Assembly (NCBI GenBank): GCA_963734545.1
Contig: CAVTHO010000005.1
Coordinates: 96,001 to 160,000 of the forward strand
Length of the DNA: 64,000 nucleotides
Reading direction: 5' to 3'
Origin: an uncultured Spirochaetota bacterium
GTDB taxonomy: Bacteria; Spirochaetota; Spirochaetia; SZUA-6; Fen-1364
Positions 20,243-30,253 of the stretch are shown here, piece after piece. The position numbers were made by a program, and so were the translations under genes. Below the pieces are notes generated by a model. The model did no database searches. It was not told where the DNA came from and worked only from the letters and a program-made list of their open reading frames with translations. How positions within the stretch are numbered: the first letter of the stretch is position 1; the number at the start of each line of letters is the position of its first letter.

Positions 20243-20356
20243 TGCAGTCCCCTCAGAACCTCGGCCGACTGGACGCGGAATGCGGACGTAGTCCGCTCCG
20301 GGCGGCCAGAGCGGTACTCCGCACCTCGCCATCCAACTGCGCCAGGAGCGCAAGGG

Positions 20357-21358
20357 CTACGCATATACATCCCGCGCAGCCTCATCGATACGGGGGTCCG
20401 GGCTGGACTCGGCAAAACGCACCGCTTCCTCGACGTCGACTGCGGCCTGCGCATCGATGACATCGAGCTGCTCCGCCGTGAAGACCCCCTCGGACACCAT
20501 CCGCTCACGCATCCTCTTGATAGGGCAGCGTTTCTTCCACTCCTCGATCTCCTGCTTCGTGCGGTACACGTTCGCATCGCTCTTGGAATGGCCCATGTGG
20601 CGGTACGTGTTGAGCACGAGGAGCATGGGTCCATTCTCCCTGACGTATTCACGCGCATCCCGCGCGGCACAATAGATACCCACCGCGTCGTTGCCGTCCA
20701 TTGACACGCTCTTGATGCCGTACGCCTGTCCGCGAAAAGCAAGGTCGGGGATATTGGCCTGCTTGCGCAGGGGCGTGGACATTGCATAGAGGTTGTTCAC
20801 GCAGACGAACAGGACGGGGAGCTTCCAGACAGAGGCGAGATTGACCGACTCGTGGAACGAGCCGGTGCTCGTGGCCCCGTCCCCGAAGAAGCATGCGGTA
20901 ATTCCCGGCAGCCCCTGCATGTGCTGGCTCAGCGCCGCTCCGACCGCGATCGGGATGCCGCCGCCGACAATGCCGTTCGCTCCCAGGCTGCCCGAAGCGA
21001 AGTCGGCGATGTGCATGCATCCCCCGCGCCCCCTGCAGTAGCCGGTCTCCTTGCCCAGGAACTCCGCCATCATCAGGTCCAGCCGCATTCCCTTGCCGAT
21101 GCTCTGCCCGTGTCCCCGGTGTGTCGCGGTCATACGGTCCTCGGGATGGAGGGCCGCACAGACCGCGATGCCCGTGGCCTCCTCGCCGATGCAGAAATGC
21201 GCGGTGCCGTGGACTTTGCCTTCCGTGAAGAGACGCGCCGCGGCCTCTTCGAAACTGCGGGTCTGCGCCATCCGGGTGTAGAGGAGTCGAAGCGTGTCCA
21301 CGGAGATTCCGGACAAGTTCTCGACAGAGAGCGCTTTTCGAGCGCGCGTGCTCACCAT
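20357..21358 (-). CDS. acoA: TPP-dependent acetoin/pyruvate dehydrogenase E1 alpha subunit
   Basis: GEEA, THRGHG, GANGIVGGG, TPP motif FFGDGA...NN and YRHMGHS; AAGGAGG RBS. Confidence 0.85.
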   Translation of the reverse strand: MVSTRARKALSVENLSGISVDTLRLLYTRMAQTRSFEEAAARLFTEGKVHGTAHFCIGEEATGIAVCAALHPEDRMTATHRGHGQSIGKGMRLDLMMAEFLGKETGYCRGRGGCMHIADFASGSLGANGIVGGGIPIAVGAALSQHMQGLPGITACFFGDGATSTGSFHESVNLASVWKLPVLFVCVNNLYAMSTPLRKQANIPDLAFRGQAYGIKSVSMDGNDAVGIYCAARDAREYVRENGPMLLVLNTYRHMGHSKSDANVYRTKQEIEEWKKRCPIKRMRERMVSEGVFTAEQLDVIDAQAAVDVEEAVRFAESSPDPRIDEAARDVYA

Positions 21359-21394
21359 GGCCACCTCCTTTCAATCGTTTTATGCTTGTCCAAA

Positions 21395-21475
21395 ATGGTA
21401 ACATATGTTATAACATTCGTCAACGCCAGGGAGCGGACGAGCTGGATTGACATTTGTTATTTAGCATGATACAAT
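21395..21475. promoter_or_regulatory. Divergent sigma70 promoters overlapped by TAACATATGTTA-type operators
   Basis: On +, TTGACA(21447)-17-TACAAT; on -, TTGACG(21423)-17-TACCAT; palindrome at 21399-21410 with variants at 21411 and 21448. Confidence 0.75.
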
Positions 21476-21537
21476 CACCAGTAAAATAAGCAAACGCGCC
21501 CCTGCAGAGGGACCGCAGGCAAACAAGGAGACCAGTC

Positions 21538-22179
21538 GTGTACGAAAGCGAAAGACAGCAGATCATCGATGTCGGGATCAGCCTCGACCGCTACAGGCTC
21601 ATCAGCCTTTCCGGGGGAAACGTGAGCATGAGGATCGGCGGCCATATCCTCGTCACGCCGTCAGGCATGTCCTATGAGAAGCTCGTGCCGGCGGACGTGG
21701 TGGTCATGGATCCCAAGGGCAAGGTGATCGAAGGCGAGCGCCGCCCCTCTGTGGACACCGTGGCGCTCCTTCACATCTTCAACAACATGCCGGACGTGAA
21801 CGCAATCATCCACACGCACCAGCCCTACGCGACCGCCGTCGGGCTTGTCATGGATGAGCTGCCTGCATTCTGCACCACGCTCGTCAATGCCACTCTGGGC
21901 GCGGTGACGGTTGCTCCGTACAGCTCGGCAGCGAGCCTCGACATGGGGGTGAGGACCGTGGAGTACATCGGAGACAAGAGGGCCGTGATTCTCCGCAACC
22001 ACGGCGTGGTGACCGTTGGGCCCACGTTGAAGGACGCCTTGTACGCGGCCGTGTACCTCGAGGACGCATCTCGCTCCTACTGCGCCGCCCTGGCCATGGG
22101 AACGCCGCGCCTCCTCACGCCCGAGCAGGTCGCGGAGGCGGTGGAATCGTTCAAGCACTACGGCCAGGGGAAGAAGTAA
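21538..22179 (+). CDS. Class II aldolase/epimerase (AraD/FucA family)
   Basis: SGGNVS, VTPSG, PSVD, HTHQPYA and LRNHGV motifs. Confidence 0.88.
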   Translation: MYESERQQIIDVGISLDRYRLISLSGGNVSMRIGGHILVTPSGMSYEKLVPADVVVMDPKGKVIEGERRPSVDTVALLHIFNNMPDVNAIIHTHQPYATAVGLVMDELPAFCTTLVNATLGAVTVAPYSSAASLDMGVRTVEYIGDKRAVILRNHGVVTVGPTLKDALYAAVYLEDASRSYCAALAMGTPRLLTPEQVAEAVESFKHYGQGKK

Positions 22180-22184
22180 GGCCC

Positions 22185-23069
22185 GTGAAAGGTACCGTTC
22201 ACAACGGGAACTCCCCGGCCTCGACTTTCCGGTGGGGGATCTACGAGAAGGCGCTTCCCCTCACTCTCTCATGGCCGGAGAGGCTTTCCGCTGCCGCGGC
22301 CTCGGGTTACCAGTTTCTCGAGATATCGATCGATGAGAGCGAGGACAGGCTGGCGCGGCTCGCGTGGCCGCGCGAGACCCGGCAGGACCTCCATCGCGCG
22401 CTTGCATCGGCTGCCGCCTCCATCGACACCATGTGCCTCAGCGCTCACCGCAAGTACGCGCTGGGAAGCGGGTCCAAGCCCCAACGGCAGGAGGCGCTTG
22501 CCATCATGCGCCGGGCAATCGATTTCGCGGCCGAGTTCGGTATCCGGATCGTGCAGGTTGCCGGCTATGACGTGTTCTACGAGGAGTCCACCGCGCACAC
22601 GCGCGCGCTCTATATGCAGAGCATCCTGCAGTCCGCCGAATGGGCGCGGCAATCCTGCGTGACGCTCGCGCTGGAGAACGTGGACCGGCCCACGGTGGAT
22701 TCGATCGTGAAAGGCATGCACTTCGTGCAGGCAGCCGACACTCCGTGGTTCCAGATGTACCCTGACATCGGCAATCTGGCTGCCCGGGAGAAGGACGTGA
22801 CGAGCGAGCTCCTGGCAGGCGGGCGGCACATCGTGGGACTGCACCTGAAGGACACGAGGCTCGGGGAGTTCCGCAGGGTACCGCTCGGCGAAGGGCGGGT
22901 CGATTTCGAGGGGGCATTCAGAACCTTGAAACGCATGGGCTACCGCGGCCCTCTTGTTGTGGAGATGTGGAACGAAGCGGTGGCAGACCCCCTGGCCACC
23001 GTGTCCGCCGCGCGATCCTGGCTGGCGGAGAAGCTGAACGCAGCGTTCCGCAAAGAGAGTGATTCCTAG
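22185..23069 (+). CDS. ulaE: L-ribulose-5-phosphate 3-epimerase (UlaE/SgbU family)
   Basis: GIYEKALP, EISIDES, MCLSAHR, AGYDV, YPDIGN and HLKDT motifs. Confidence 0.9.
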   Translation: MKGTVHNGNSPASTFRWGIYEKALPLTLSWPERLSAAAASGYQFLEISIDESEDRLARLAWPRETRQDLHRALASAAASIDTMCLSAHRKYALGSGSKPQRQEALAIMRRAIDFAAEFGIRIVQVAGYDVFYEESTAHTRALYMQSILQSAEWARQSCVTLALENVDRPTVDSIVKGMHFVQAADTPWFQMYPDIGNLAAREKDVTSELLAGGRHIVGLHLKDTRLGEFRRVPLGEGRVDFEGAFRTLKRMGYRGPLVVEMWNEAVADPLATVSAARSWLAEKLNAAFRKESDS

Positions 23070-23166
23070 CAGACGAATCCCACCCGGTCCAGGCTCATAC
23101 GGAGCCTTGACAGGCCGGCTGCCTCTCCTAAACTGTCGTCAGCCCGACAGGCGGAAGGAGGTCCCC

Positions 23167-23940
23167 GTGCTGCTCGCCGTGTCCGTTGGCAATTCGCATA
23201 TTATCTTCGGGGTTCACGAGAATGGGGGTTGGATCCATCGCTGGAGGATCCAGACCGTGCCTGCCAAGACCTCGGACGAGTACCAGGCCCTCCTGCGAAC
23301 GCTCTTCGATGCGGCGGGACTCGGGGCCGCGCGGATCGATTCCGCAATCCTTTCCAGCGTCGTCCCTCCCCTCACCAACACAATGGTGGAAATGGTGCTC
23401 CAGCTCGCCGGCAGACAGCCTCTCCTCCTCGGACCTGCACTGGATCTGGGCCTTCGGATCACCACGGAGAATCCGGCGGAGGTAGGCGGGGATCTCGTGG
23501 CGAACGCCGTGGCGGCGTACGACAGGTTCCATGGCAACTGCATTGTCATCGACTTCGGCACGGCCCTCACTTTCACCGCGGTCGCCGCTCCGGGAGAGCT
23601 GCGGGGGGTGGCAATCGCTCCCGGTCTCAGCTCGGCGGTCAACTCTCTGGCTCACGACACGGCGCAGCTTCCGCGGATCCCCCTTGCGCCTCCGCCTGCG
23701 GCGGCCGGCAGGAACTCGGTTCATTCGATCCAGGCAGGCATCGTGCTCGGCTACATTGGTCTTGTGGAGGGCCTCATCTCCCGATTGCGGAAAGAGCTGG
23801 GCGGCTCAGCCGGGGTCGTTGTGACCGGGGGACAATCCCAGATCATGGCACCCCTTCTGGCAGGACCCGTGGTCCACGAGCAATGGCTGACCCTGGAAGG
23901 ACTGAGGATCGTCGCGGAGAGAAACTCAGGACGACCCTGA
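23167..23940 (+). CDS. coaX: Type III pantothenate kinase
   Basis: VGNS, SSVVP, DFGTALT, IAPG, TGG and LTLEGL motifs. Confidence 0.9.
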   Translation: MLLAVSVGNSHIIFGVHENGGWIHRWRIQTVPAKTSDEYQALLRTLFDAAGLGAARIDSAILSSVVPPLTNTMVEMVLQLAGRQPLLLGPALDLGLRITTENPAEVGGDLVANAVAAYDRFHGNCIVIDFGTALTFTAVAAPGELRGVAIAPGLSSAVNSLAHDTAQLPRIPLAPPPAAAGRNSVHSIQAGIVLGYIGLVEGLISRLRKELGGSAGVVVTGGQSQIMAPLLAGPVVHEQWLTLEGLRIVAERNSGRP

Positions 23941-24047
23941 CGGGTACGGCTTTCGGGCCGAGCGCGTCCTCGCGCACTCCCGAACGGGTAACGCCCGTGC
24001 TGCTTTTCCTGCCCCCGCAGGACAGGATGCACGCCTCGCGCCGCCGG

Positions 24048-24522
24048 CTAATACGAAAGCATTGCGTTGAGCTTGCTCACGTGGGCCTGGTCCTCCGCGG
24101 TTACCGTTGCCAGGTCGGCTGCCAGCGGGGAGGCGGCCCGGAAGGTCTTTGAGCACGGCATAGAAGTCGACGATTTTCTGTTCCATCGAGACCCCGAACT
24201 TCAACGCTTCCGCATTGGACTCGATCTTTTTTGAGGAAATCAGCTCCTCGAGCGGGTCTGTGAACTCCCGGCGGAGGAGAGCATCCAGGGCTGCGCTCAG
24301 CCGGCCAGAGGCCGATTTGCCCTTCTTTTTCAGCATTTCCTGGAAGAGCACCTTATGCCGAGCCTCCTCCTCCCTGAGGAACCTGATCTCGTTCTTGACC
24401 CTCCGTTCGGGGCTCTTCTCGATAACGGCGGAGTAGAAGTCGTAGCCCTTCTGCTCCACGAGCACCGCCATCTGCAACAGGTCCTCCAGCTTGAACTCAG
24501 CAAGATTCCACTCACCTGCCAT
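24048..24522 (-). CDS. Ferritin-like (rubrerythrin-family) protein; +1 frameshift near 24140
   Basis: MAVLVEQKGYDFY, EEEARH, MEQKIVDFY; corrected C-terminus AEDQAHVSKLNAMLSY*. Confidence 0.8.
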
Positions 24523-24748
24523 GTCGTTCCTCCTCCGCCGGCAGCGCCTCGCCTTTGCGGGGAACGCCACACACCGTGATGACTCTGGCCCCGGACGCGG
24601 TAATTTGCAAGTGGCAGCCGCCTCAATTGTGCATTATAATCGTCCGTGGATGGGAGAATCCGCGGACATCATCATAGTCTCTTAGCGCGCCCGCGTGTGC
24701 CGCGTATGTGCCATGCGGTCGGCAGTCGGTAGCAAGGAGGAAGATTGT

Positions 24749-25154
24749 ATGCCGAAGAACAAGAAAAAGAGCCCCAAAGCCAAACCGGCCAAAAAGAAGG
24801 CTCCGAAGGCGAAAAAAGCGGCCAAGGCGAAGAAGCCGGTAAAGGCCGCAGTTGCGAAGGTCGGAGCGCGGGGACCAAAGGGCGAGCCGGGAGCTGCCGG
24901 GCGGCCGGGGGAAAGAGGGCCCCAGGGCCTGACAGGACCGCAGGGACTAATGGGACCGCAGGGGGCAAGAGGCGAGCCGGGGCCTCGAGGTGAACAGGGG
25001 CCTGTCCGGACAGAAGGGCGAGCCGGGAGCGGGGATTCGATATGCAGGCGGCATGACCGCCGCGTCTGCCCATTACCTCCTTGTGGAAGCGGACGGAACG
25101 CTCCGCTACGTCTCGAACGGAAGGACATTCACCGTCCAGGTGACATCGTCCTGA
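24749..25154 (+). CDS. Lys/Ala-rich (histone H1-like) plus collagen-repeat protein; +1 frameshift near 25006
   Basis: AAGGAGG RBS; KKSPKAKPAKKKAPKAKKAAK; about 19 G-X-Y triplets; corrected C-terminus YLLVEADGTLRYVSNGRTFTVQVTSS*. Confidence 0.8.
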
Positions 25155-25189
25155 TACGAGGGCCTCGTCGGGAGCTGCATGCCAGCCCG

Positions 25190-25225
25190 GCTGCGGTATT
25201 CCGCAGCTCAGGCGCGGTACTCCGC
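25190..25225. repeat. Two REP-like hairpins between convergent genes
   Basis: GCTGCGG-TATT-CCGCAGC and GCGG-TACT-CCGC. Confidence 0.6.
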
Positions 25226-26446
25226 TAGCTCAGAAGCCGCACGGCAGCTCCCGCCGCAGCGCCCAGTCCGACAACCATCCAGGGCCTCGCGCGCCAGACG
25301 ACCAGGAGCATGAAGGCCGAAAGAGCGATGCAGAAATCAGGCACGCTTCGAATCGTGCCCGTCCAGCCGGGAGTGTAGAGCGCGGCGGCCAGCAGACCCA
25401 CGACCGCCGCGTTGATCCCCGCCAGCACGGACTGGAAAGCCGGTTTCGCGCGCAGCCCTGCCCAGAACGGAAGCACTCCCACCAGAAGCAGGAAGGACGG
25501 GAAGAAGATCGCGCCAAGCGCGATGAGCGCGCCGAGCACCCCGCTCGGTGACGGGCTCATGAGCGCGCCCAGGTAGGCGGCAAACGTGAACAGCGGCCCG
25601 GGCACGGCCTGCGCTGCTCCATACCCGGCCATGAACTGCGCCTCGCTGATCCAGGAGGAAAGAACGACCTCGCGGTGCAGGAGGGGCAGCACCACGTGCC
25701 CGCCGCCGAACACCATCGACCCCACCCTGTAGAAGCTCTCCACGAGCGCCAGCCAGTGAGCGGGAAAGCGTTCCCGCAGGACAGGGAGACCGGCAAGAAG
25801 AAGGAAAAAGAGGGAGAGACAGAAGTATCGATACCCCCCTCGGTATGTGAAAGGGGAAGTCGTCTCCCCGGAGATCGTTCCGCGCAGGAAGAAGCAGCCA
25901 CCCGACAAGACCGCCCGCCGCGATGAGAAGCACCTGCGCAAGGGCCGTGGGCAGCAGGATGCTGAGGACGGCGGCGATCACCGCCATGGTGGCGCGCTTC
26001 TGATCCGGTGCCAGCCGCGCGGCCATGCCCCAGAGTGCCTGGGCGACAACCGCGACTGCCGTGATCATGATACCGTGCAGCCATCCGGAGCTCAGAACGT
26101 CCAAAGCGCCCACGAGGAACGCGAACGCCACAAGGGCGACGGCGGAAGGAAGAGTGAACCCGGCCCAGGCCATGACGGCTCCCCAGGCTCCCGCGCGCGC
26201 GAAACCGATGGACATGTTCACCTGGCTGCTCGCGGGCCCCGGAAGCACCTGGCAGAGGGCGACCAGATCGGCGAATCCTTCCTCACTCAGCCAGGCGCGC
26301 CGTACGACATACGCATCGCGGAAGTAGCCGAGATGCGCGATGGGTCCGCCAAACGAGGTAAGCCCGAGACGAAGCGAGACCGCGAACACTTCGAGGACCG
26401 AGCGGACACGCGTCCGTGGGGGAATCATTCGCTCGCCGTCAGGCAC
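25225..26446 (-). CDS. chrA: Chromate efflux transporter; one frameshift
   Basis: SFGGPIAH, QVLPGPASSQ, VFGGGHVVLP and AQAVPGPLFT across two frames. Confidence 0.9.
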
Positions 26447-26564
26447 GTCTCATTCCTCCGCGGCCGTCCTTAATGAAATCCTCGGCTCTTCTCTTCCCTG
26501 TCCGGCACCGGCTTCCACGACCCCCTCGTCCTAAGTATATTTCTGCTGGGGATCAGCCGGACAA

Positions 26565-27911
26565 ATGAGATACTGCCTGCTGCATCTGGGGTGCCAGATG
26601 AACCAGTCCGACGCGGAACGCGTCCGCACCGTCATCGAGGCGCTGGGCTACGAGCGCACGGAGTCTGAAGAGGAAGCCGATCTCCTGGGCATCGTCGCGT
26701 GCTCGGTGCGCCAGAAAGCCATCGACAAGGTGTACGCGCGGATCCATACGTGGAACTCCTGGAAGAACAGGCGAAACCTGCTCACGTTCGTCACCGGCTG
26801 CGTCCTCCCGGCGGACAAGGAGGCGTTCCTCAAGCTCTTCGACCTTCTCTTCGACATCACCGAGCTTCCCCAGCTCCCTGACATGATCAGGCAATACGGG
26901 GTGGTGACCCCCGTGGGGACGATCGACGTCATCCCCCGGGAGAGCCTCGTCGATCCTTCCGTGGGCTATTGGGGAATTCGGCCCCGCTACACGTCACCCT
27001 TCGAAGCCTACGTGCCGATCCAGAACGGCTGTGACAAGTACTGCACTTTCTGCGCGGTTCCCTATACCCGGGGCCGGGAGGTTTCCCGGCCCTCGGGGGA
27101 GATCCTCCACGAGGTGGCCGGGCTGGTGGAACGCGGATACAGGTCGATCACCCTCCTGGGCCAGAACGTAAACTCCTACGGTCAGGATCGGGCCGGCGCC
27201 GAGATCTCATTTGCGGACCTGCTGCGCGGAGTCGGCGACCTGGGAAGAGATTCCGGGGCTGACTTCTGGCTGTACTTCACCTCCCCGCACCCCCGGGACA
27301 TGAGCCAGGAGGTCGTCCAGGTCATTGCAGAGTGCCCCTGCCTTGCCAAGCAGATCCATCTCCCCCTTCAGTCCGGCGATGACAAGATCCTCATCAGGAT
27401 GAATCGCAACTACATGGTCGACCAGTATCGGGAAAGGGTCGCCACGATCCGCGCCCTGCTGCCGGAGGCCACGCTCTTCACGGACATCATAGTAGGCTTC
27501 AGCGGGGAGACCGAGGAACAGTTCGAGAACACCCGCGCGGCCATGCGGGAGTTCCAGTACAACATGGCCTATGTGGCGATGTACTCGCCGCGGCCCGGCG
27601 CGGCGAGCTGGCACTGGCCCGATGATGTTCCCCGCGAGGAGAAGAACAGGAGACTGCACGAGCTGAGCGACGAGCTGGCGAAGAGCTCCTCGGCGTACAA
27701 CAGACGCATGATCGGCGGCACGTATCGGGTCCTCGTGGAGGGCCCTGACCGCAAGCACGGGTATCTCTCCGCAAAGACCGAGGGCCGGATCACGGTGCGC
27801 TTCCCGTCCGAGGACCGCACGCTCGTCGGACGGTTTGTCAGCGTCACGATAACTTCAGCCGCGGCCCTTTCCGTGCAGGGCGAGCTCGCCGCCGTCCCGA
27901 TAGCCCGCTGA
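26565..27911 (+). CDS. miaB: tRNA methylthiotransferase (MiaB family)
   Basis: GCQMNQSD, CSVR, GCDKYCTFCAVPYTRG, LLGQNVNSYG and TRAM domain. Confidence 0.92.
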   Translation: MRYCLLHLGCQMNQSDAERVRTVIEALGYERTESEEEADLLGIVACSVRQKAIDKVYARIHTWNSWKNRRNLLTFVTGCVLPADKEAFLKLFDLLFDITELPQLPDMIRQYGVVTPVGTIDVIPRESLVDPSVGYWGIRPRYTSPFEAYVPIQNGCDKYCTFCAVPYTRGREVSRPSGEILHEVAGLVERGYRSITLLGQNVNSYGQDRAGAEISFADLLRGVGDLGRDSGADFWLYFTSPHPRDMSQEVVQVIAECPCLAKQIHLPLQSGDDKILIRMNRNYMVDQYRERVATIRALLPEATLFTDIIVGFSGETEEQFENTRAAMREFQYNMAYVAMYSPRPGAASWHWPDDVPREEKNRRLHELSDELAKSSSAYNRRMIGGTYRVLVEGPDRKHGYLSAKTEGRITVRFPSEDRTLVGRFVSVTITSAAALSVQGELAAVPIAR

Positions 27912-27996
27912 AAAGCGCGCCCGCGCCCGCGCTCGATTGCCATGCGTCGCCGCGCTTGATACATTTCAGGGGGGCATACCCCGAGGAGGCTGCAGA

Positions 27997-28410
27997 ATGG
28001 CCAGAACCAGACCGTCTTTCGACGCGACCCTGCTCATGCAGATCGCCGTTGCGCTTTTCCTGATCACTCTCGGTATCATCGGCATCGTGTACTACAACTC
28101 CCGGTTCAGCGAATGGGGCAGATCGATCGACCGGTTCTTCGGGAGCCCCAGCAATCCCATCAACATCATCGTTGCCATTGCGGAACTGGTCGCCGGCATC
28201 ATCATCGCCCTCGCCTTGTTCTCGCCGGTTACCGGCAGGGCGGCGTGGATCGCGAGCCTGGTCATGGTGATCGTGTGGATCGTGAAGATCCTCTGGATCT
28301 ATTTTCTCAACAGTATCTTCGATCCGACCTTCATCATCTGGCTGAACGGACTCGCCGTCGCGCTGATCGTGCTCATCGGTCTCTGGGTGGTGAACCGCAA
28401 GTACGCCTGA
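27997..28410 (+). CDS. Hypothetical 4-TM membrane protein
   Basis: GAGGAGG RBS; four hydrophobic helices. Confidence 0.8.
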   Translation: MARTRPSFDATLLMQIAVALFLITLGIIGIVYYNSRFSEWGRSIDRFFGSPSNPINIIVAIAELVAGIIIALALFSPVTGRAAWIASLVMVIVWIVKILWIYFLNSIFDPTFIIWLNGLAVALIVLIGLWVVNRKYA

Positions 28411-28422
28411 GCTTCCGCTCCT

Positions 28423-29176
28423 TCAGTCCTGGCGCACCCACCGATCGCGGAACCGGACGAGGCGGTCCACCTGGTCGGTCACAATCATGCGCGCCGCATG
28501 GACCACGCGGGCGGCCTGCTCATCCGTGTTCACGGTCCAGAAGAGAAGCGAAAAACCCATGACCCGGAGCAGACCCAGCAGAAGAGAGGCGCGGCCCGCG
28601 CCAAGCCTTTCCACGAGCTGAATGGGAAGGTTGAGGTACTGCGGCCGCAGCCGAAGGAGAGCGCACACCACGGCGCCGGCGCCCCTGTCAAATGTCTCTT
28701 CGCCCAGAAGGAATCCCACCGTGAACCCGCGTCGCCTGAAGGGCAGGAGCAATTGCGGATCGAACGAGGACACCATGAGATTCCCCCTCTGGATCCGCGC
28801 ATCCAGAATATCTGCCAGGGGATCGCAATCATTGGAGGTGAGGGTTTCCGCTTTCAGCTCCAGGTCGAGGTAGCTGCCCGGAAGGGATGGCTTCCAGAAG
28901 CTCGGAGAGCTCAGGGACTCTCTCGCCGTTTCCGAAATCGAGGCGCCGCAAATCCTCAAAGGGCGTTCTTGCGATCTCTCTTCTGACGCCGGTCACCCGG
29001 TCGGTTGTGGGGTCGTGAATGACGACATAACGGCCGTCAGCCGTCTTCTGAATATCGCACTCCACGCCGTCGGCCCCGCCGGCCCAAGCCTTGTGGAAAG
29101 CGAGCAGAGTGTTCTCGGGATACAGGGCGCGGAAGCCCCGATGGCCGAGCACGAGCGGCCTTCTCCGAATCCGCAT
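28423..29176 (-). CDS. Glycerophosphodiester phosphodiesterase; one frameshift
   Basis: GHRG, PENT, ECDIQ, VIHD; then LELK, SSFD, WTVN and TD. Confidence 0.88.
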
Positions 29177-29283
29177 GCCAATGCATTAAGGAAGTGCCCG
29201 ACATATGTCAACTGGCGCTGCATTCCGCCGGGTACGTCGGCGCGCACGGCATGCGCGTGCGTCCTAGCGTCGCGGCAAGGCGC

Positions 29284-29565
29284 TTAGTTCCCGCACGCCT
29301 CGTCCGTTGCCGTCAGGTAGCCGCTTCCCCCGCAGAGAGTGCACGAGCGCCACGCGTGCCCCCTCCAGTCCCACGAGGACCCGAGGGTGCGGCACTTGGG
29401 ACATTCGTAGAGACCGATCTCTTCTTCGTGCACGTGTCGTCGGAAGCATCGAAGATGATAGAATCTTCCCTCGTCCACGCGTACCACGTCGTGCGAGATT
29501 TCCTCCGCGCAGATCTCGCACGCAACCGTCTTCCTCACTCCCGCAGGAACGATATTCGTTGACAT
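29284..29565 (-). CDS. Small double zinc-finger protein
   Basis: CEIC-x17-HLRCF, then CPKC and CTLCGGSG; GGAGG RBS. Confidence 0.75.
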   Translation of the reverse strand: MSTNIVPAGVRKTVACEICAEEISHDVVRVDEGRFYHLRCFRRHVHEEEIGLYECPKCRTLGSSWDWRGHAWRSCTLCGGSGYLTATDEACGN

Positions 29566-29621
29566 CGCTTTCCTCCGAAGAGAACATGGCGGGGCGGTGT
29601 TAAGATCGATTTAAGGCTGAG

Positions 29622-30253
29622 TTAATTCCGGGGTGCGCGGGCGCCGGCACCGGGCCGTGCGCGGGCGCGCGTGGAAACGCGCGCCTGGACTTCCTTCCAC
29701 CGGAAGCAGCTCTCCAGGTGATCGTTCACCACGCCCACTGCCTGCAGATGCGAGTAGATGATTGTCGAGCCGACAAAGGAAAAGCCGCGCGCCTTCAGGT
29801 CTTTCGAGATCGCGTCGGAAAGCTCGGTGCGCGGGGGCACCTCTGACTGCTTTTTCCAGCGGTTCACGACGGGTTTCCCCCCGTCCATCGCCAGAGGTAG
29901 GCATCGAAGCTGCCGAACTCTTTCTGTACCTCGAGGAAGCGCTTTGCATTGTTGATCGAGGATGAGATTTTCAGCCCGTTGCGCACGATGCCCGGATCGC
30001 CGAGCAGCCGCTCGACGTCTCGCGCGGAAAACCGGGCAACGCGCAAAGGATCGAAACCGCGGTAGGCCTTCCGATAGGCTTCCCGCTTCTTCAGCACGGT
30101 GAGCCAGCTCAGCCCCGCCTGCGCCGCCTCCAGGACGAGGAACTCGAAGTGGCGCACGTCGTCGTGACAGGGAGCCCCCCATTCCCCGTCATGATAGGGG
30201 GTCAGAAACTCGTTGTCGGCGCCCCACGGGCAGCGCGTCTTTTCCCTCTTCAT
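29622..30253 (-). CDS. tag: DNA-3-methyladenine glycosylase I; frameshifted
   Basis: RCPW, YHDGEWG, LEAAQAGLSW, GFSFVGSTI and QAVGVVNDH motifs. Confidence 0.92.

Noticed and set aside
26565-27911. A second radical SAM gene as novel
   Set aside because: It has the canonical MiaB-type methylthiotransferase architecture and is housekeeping.
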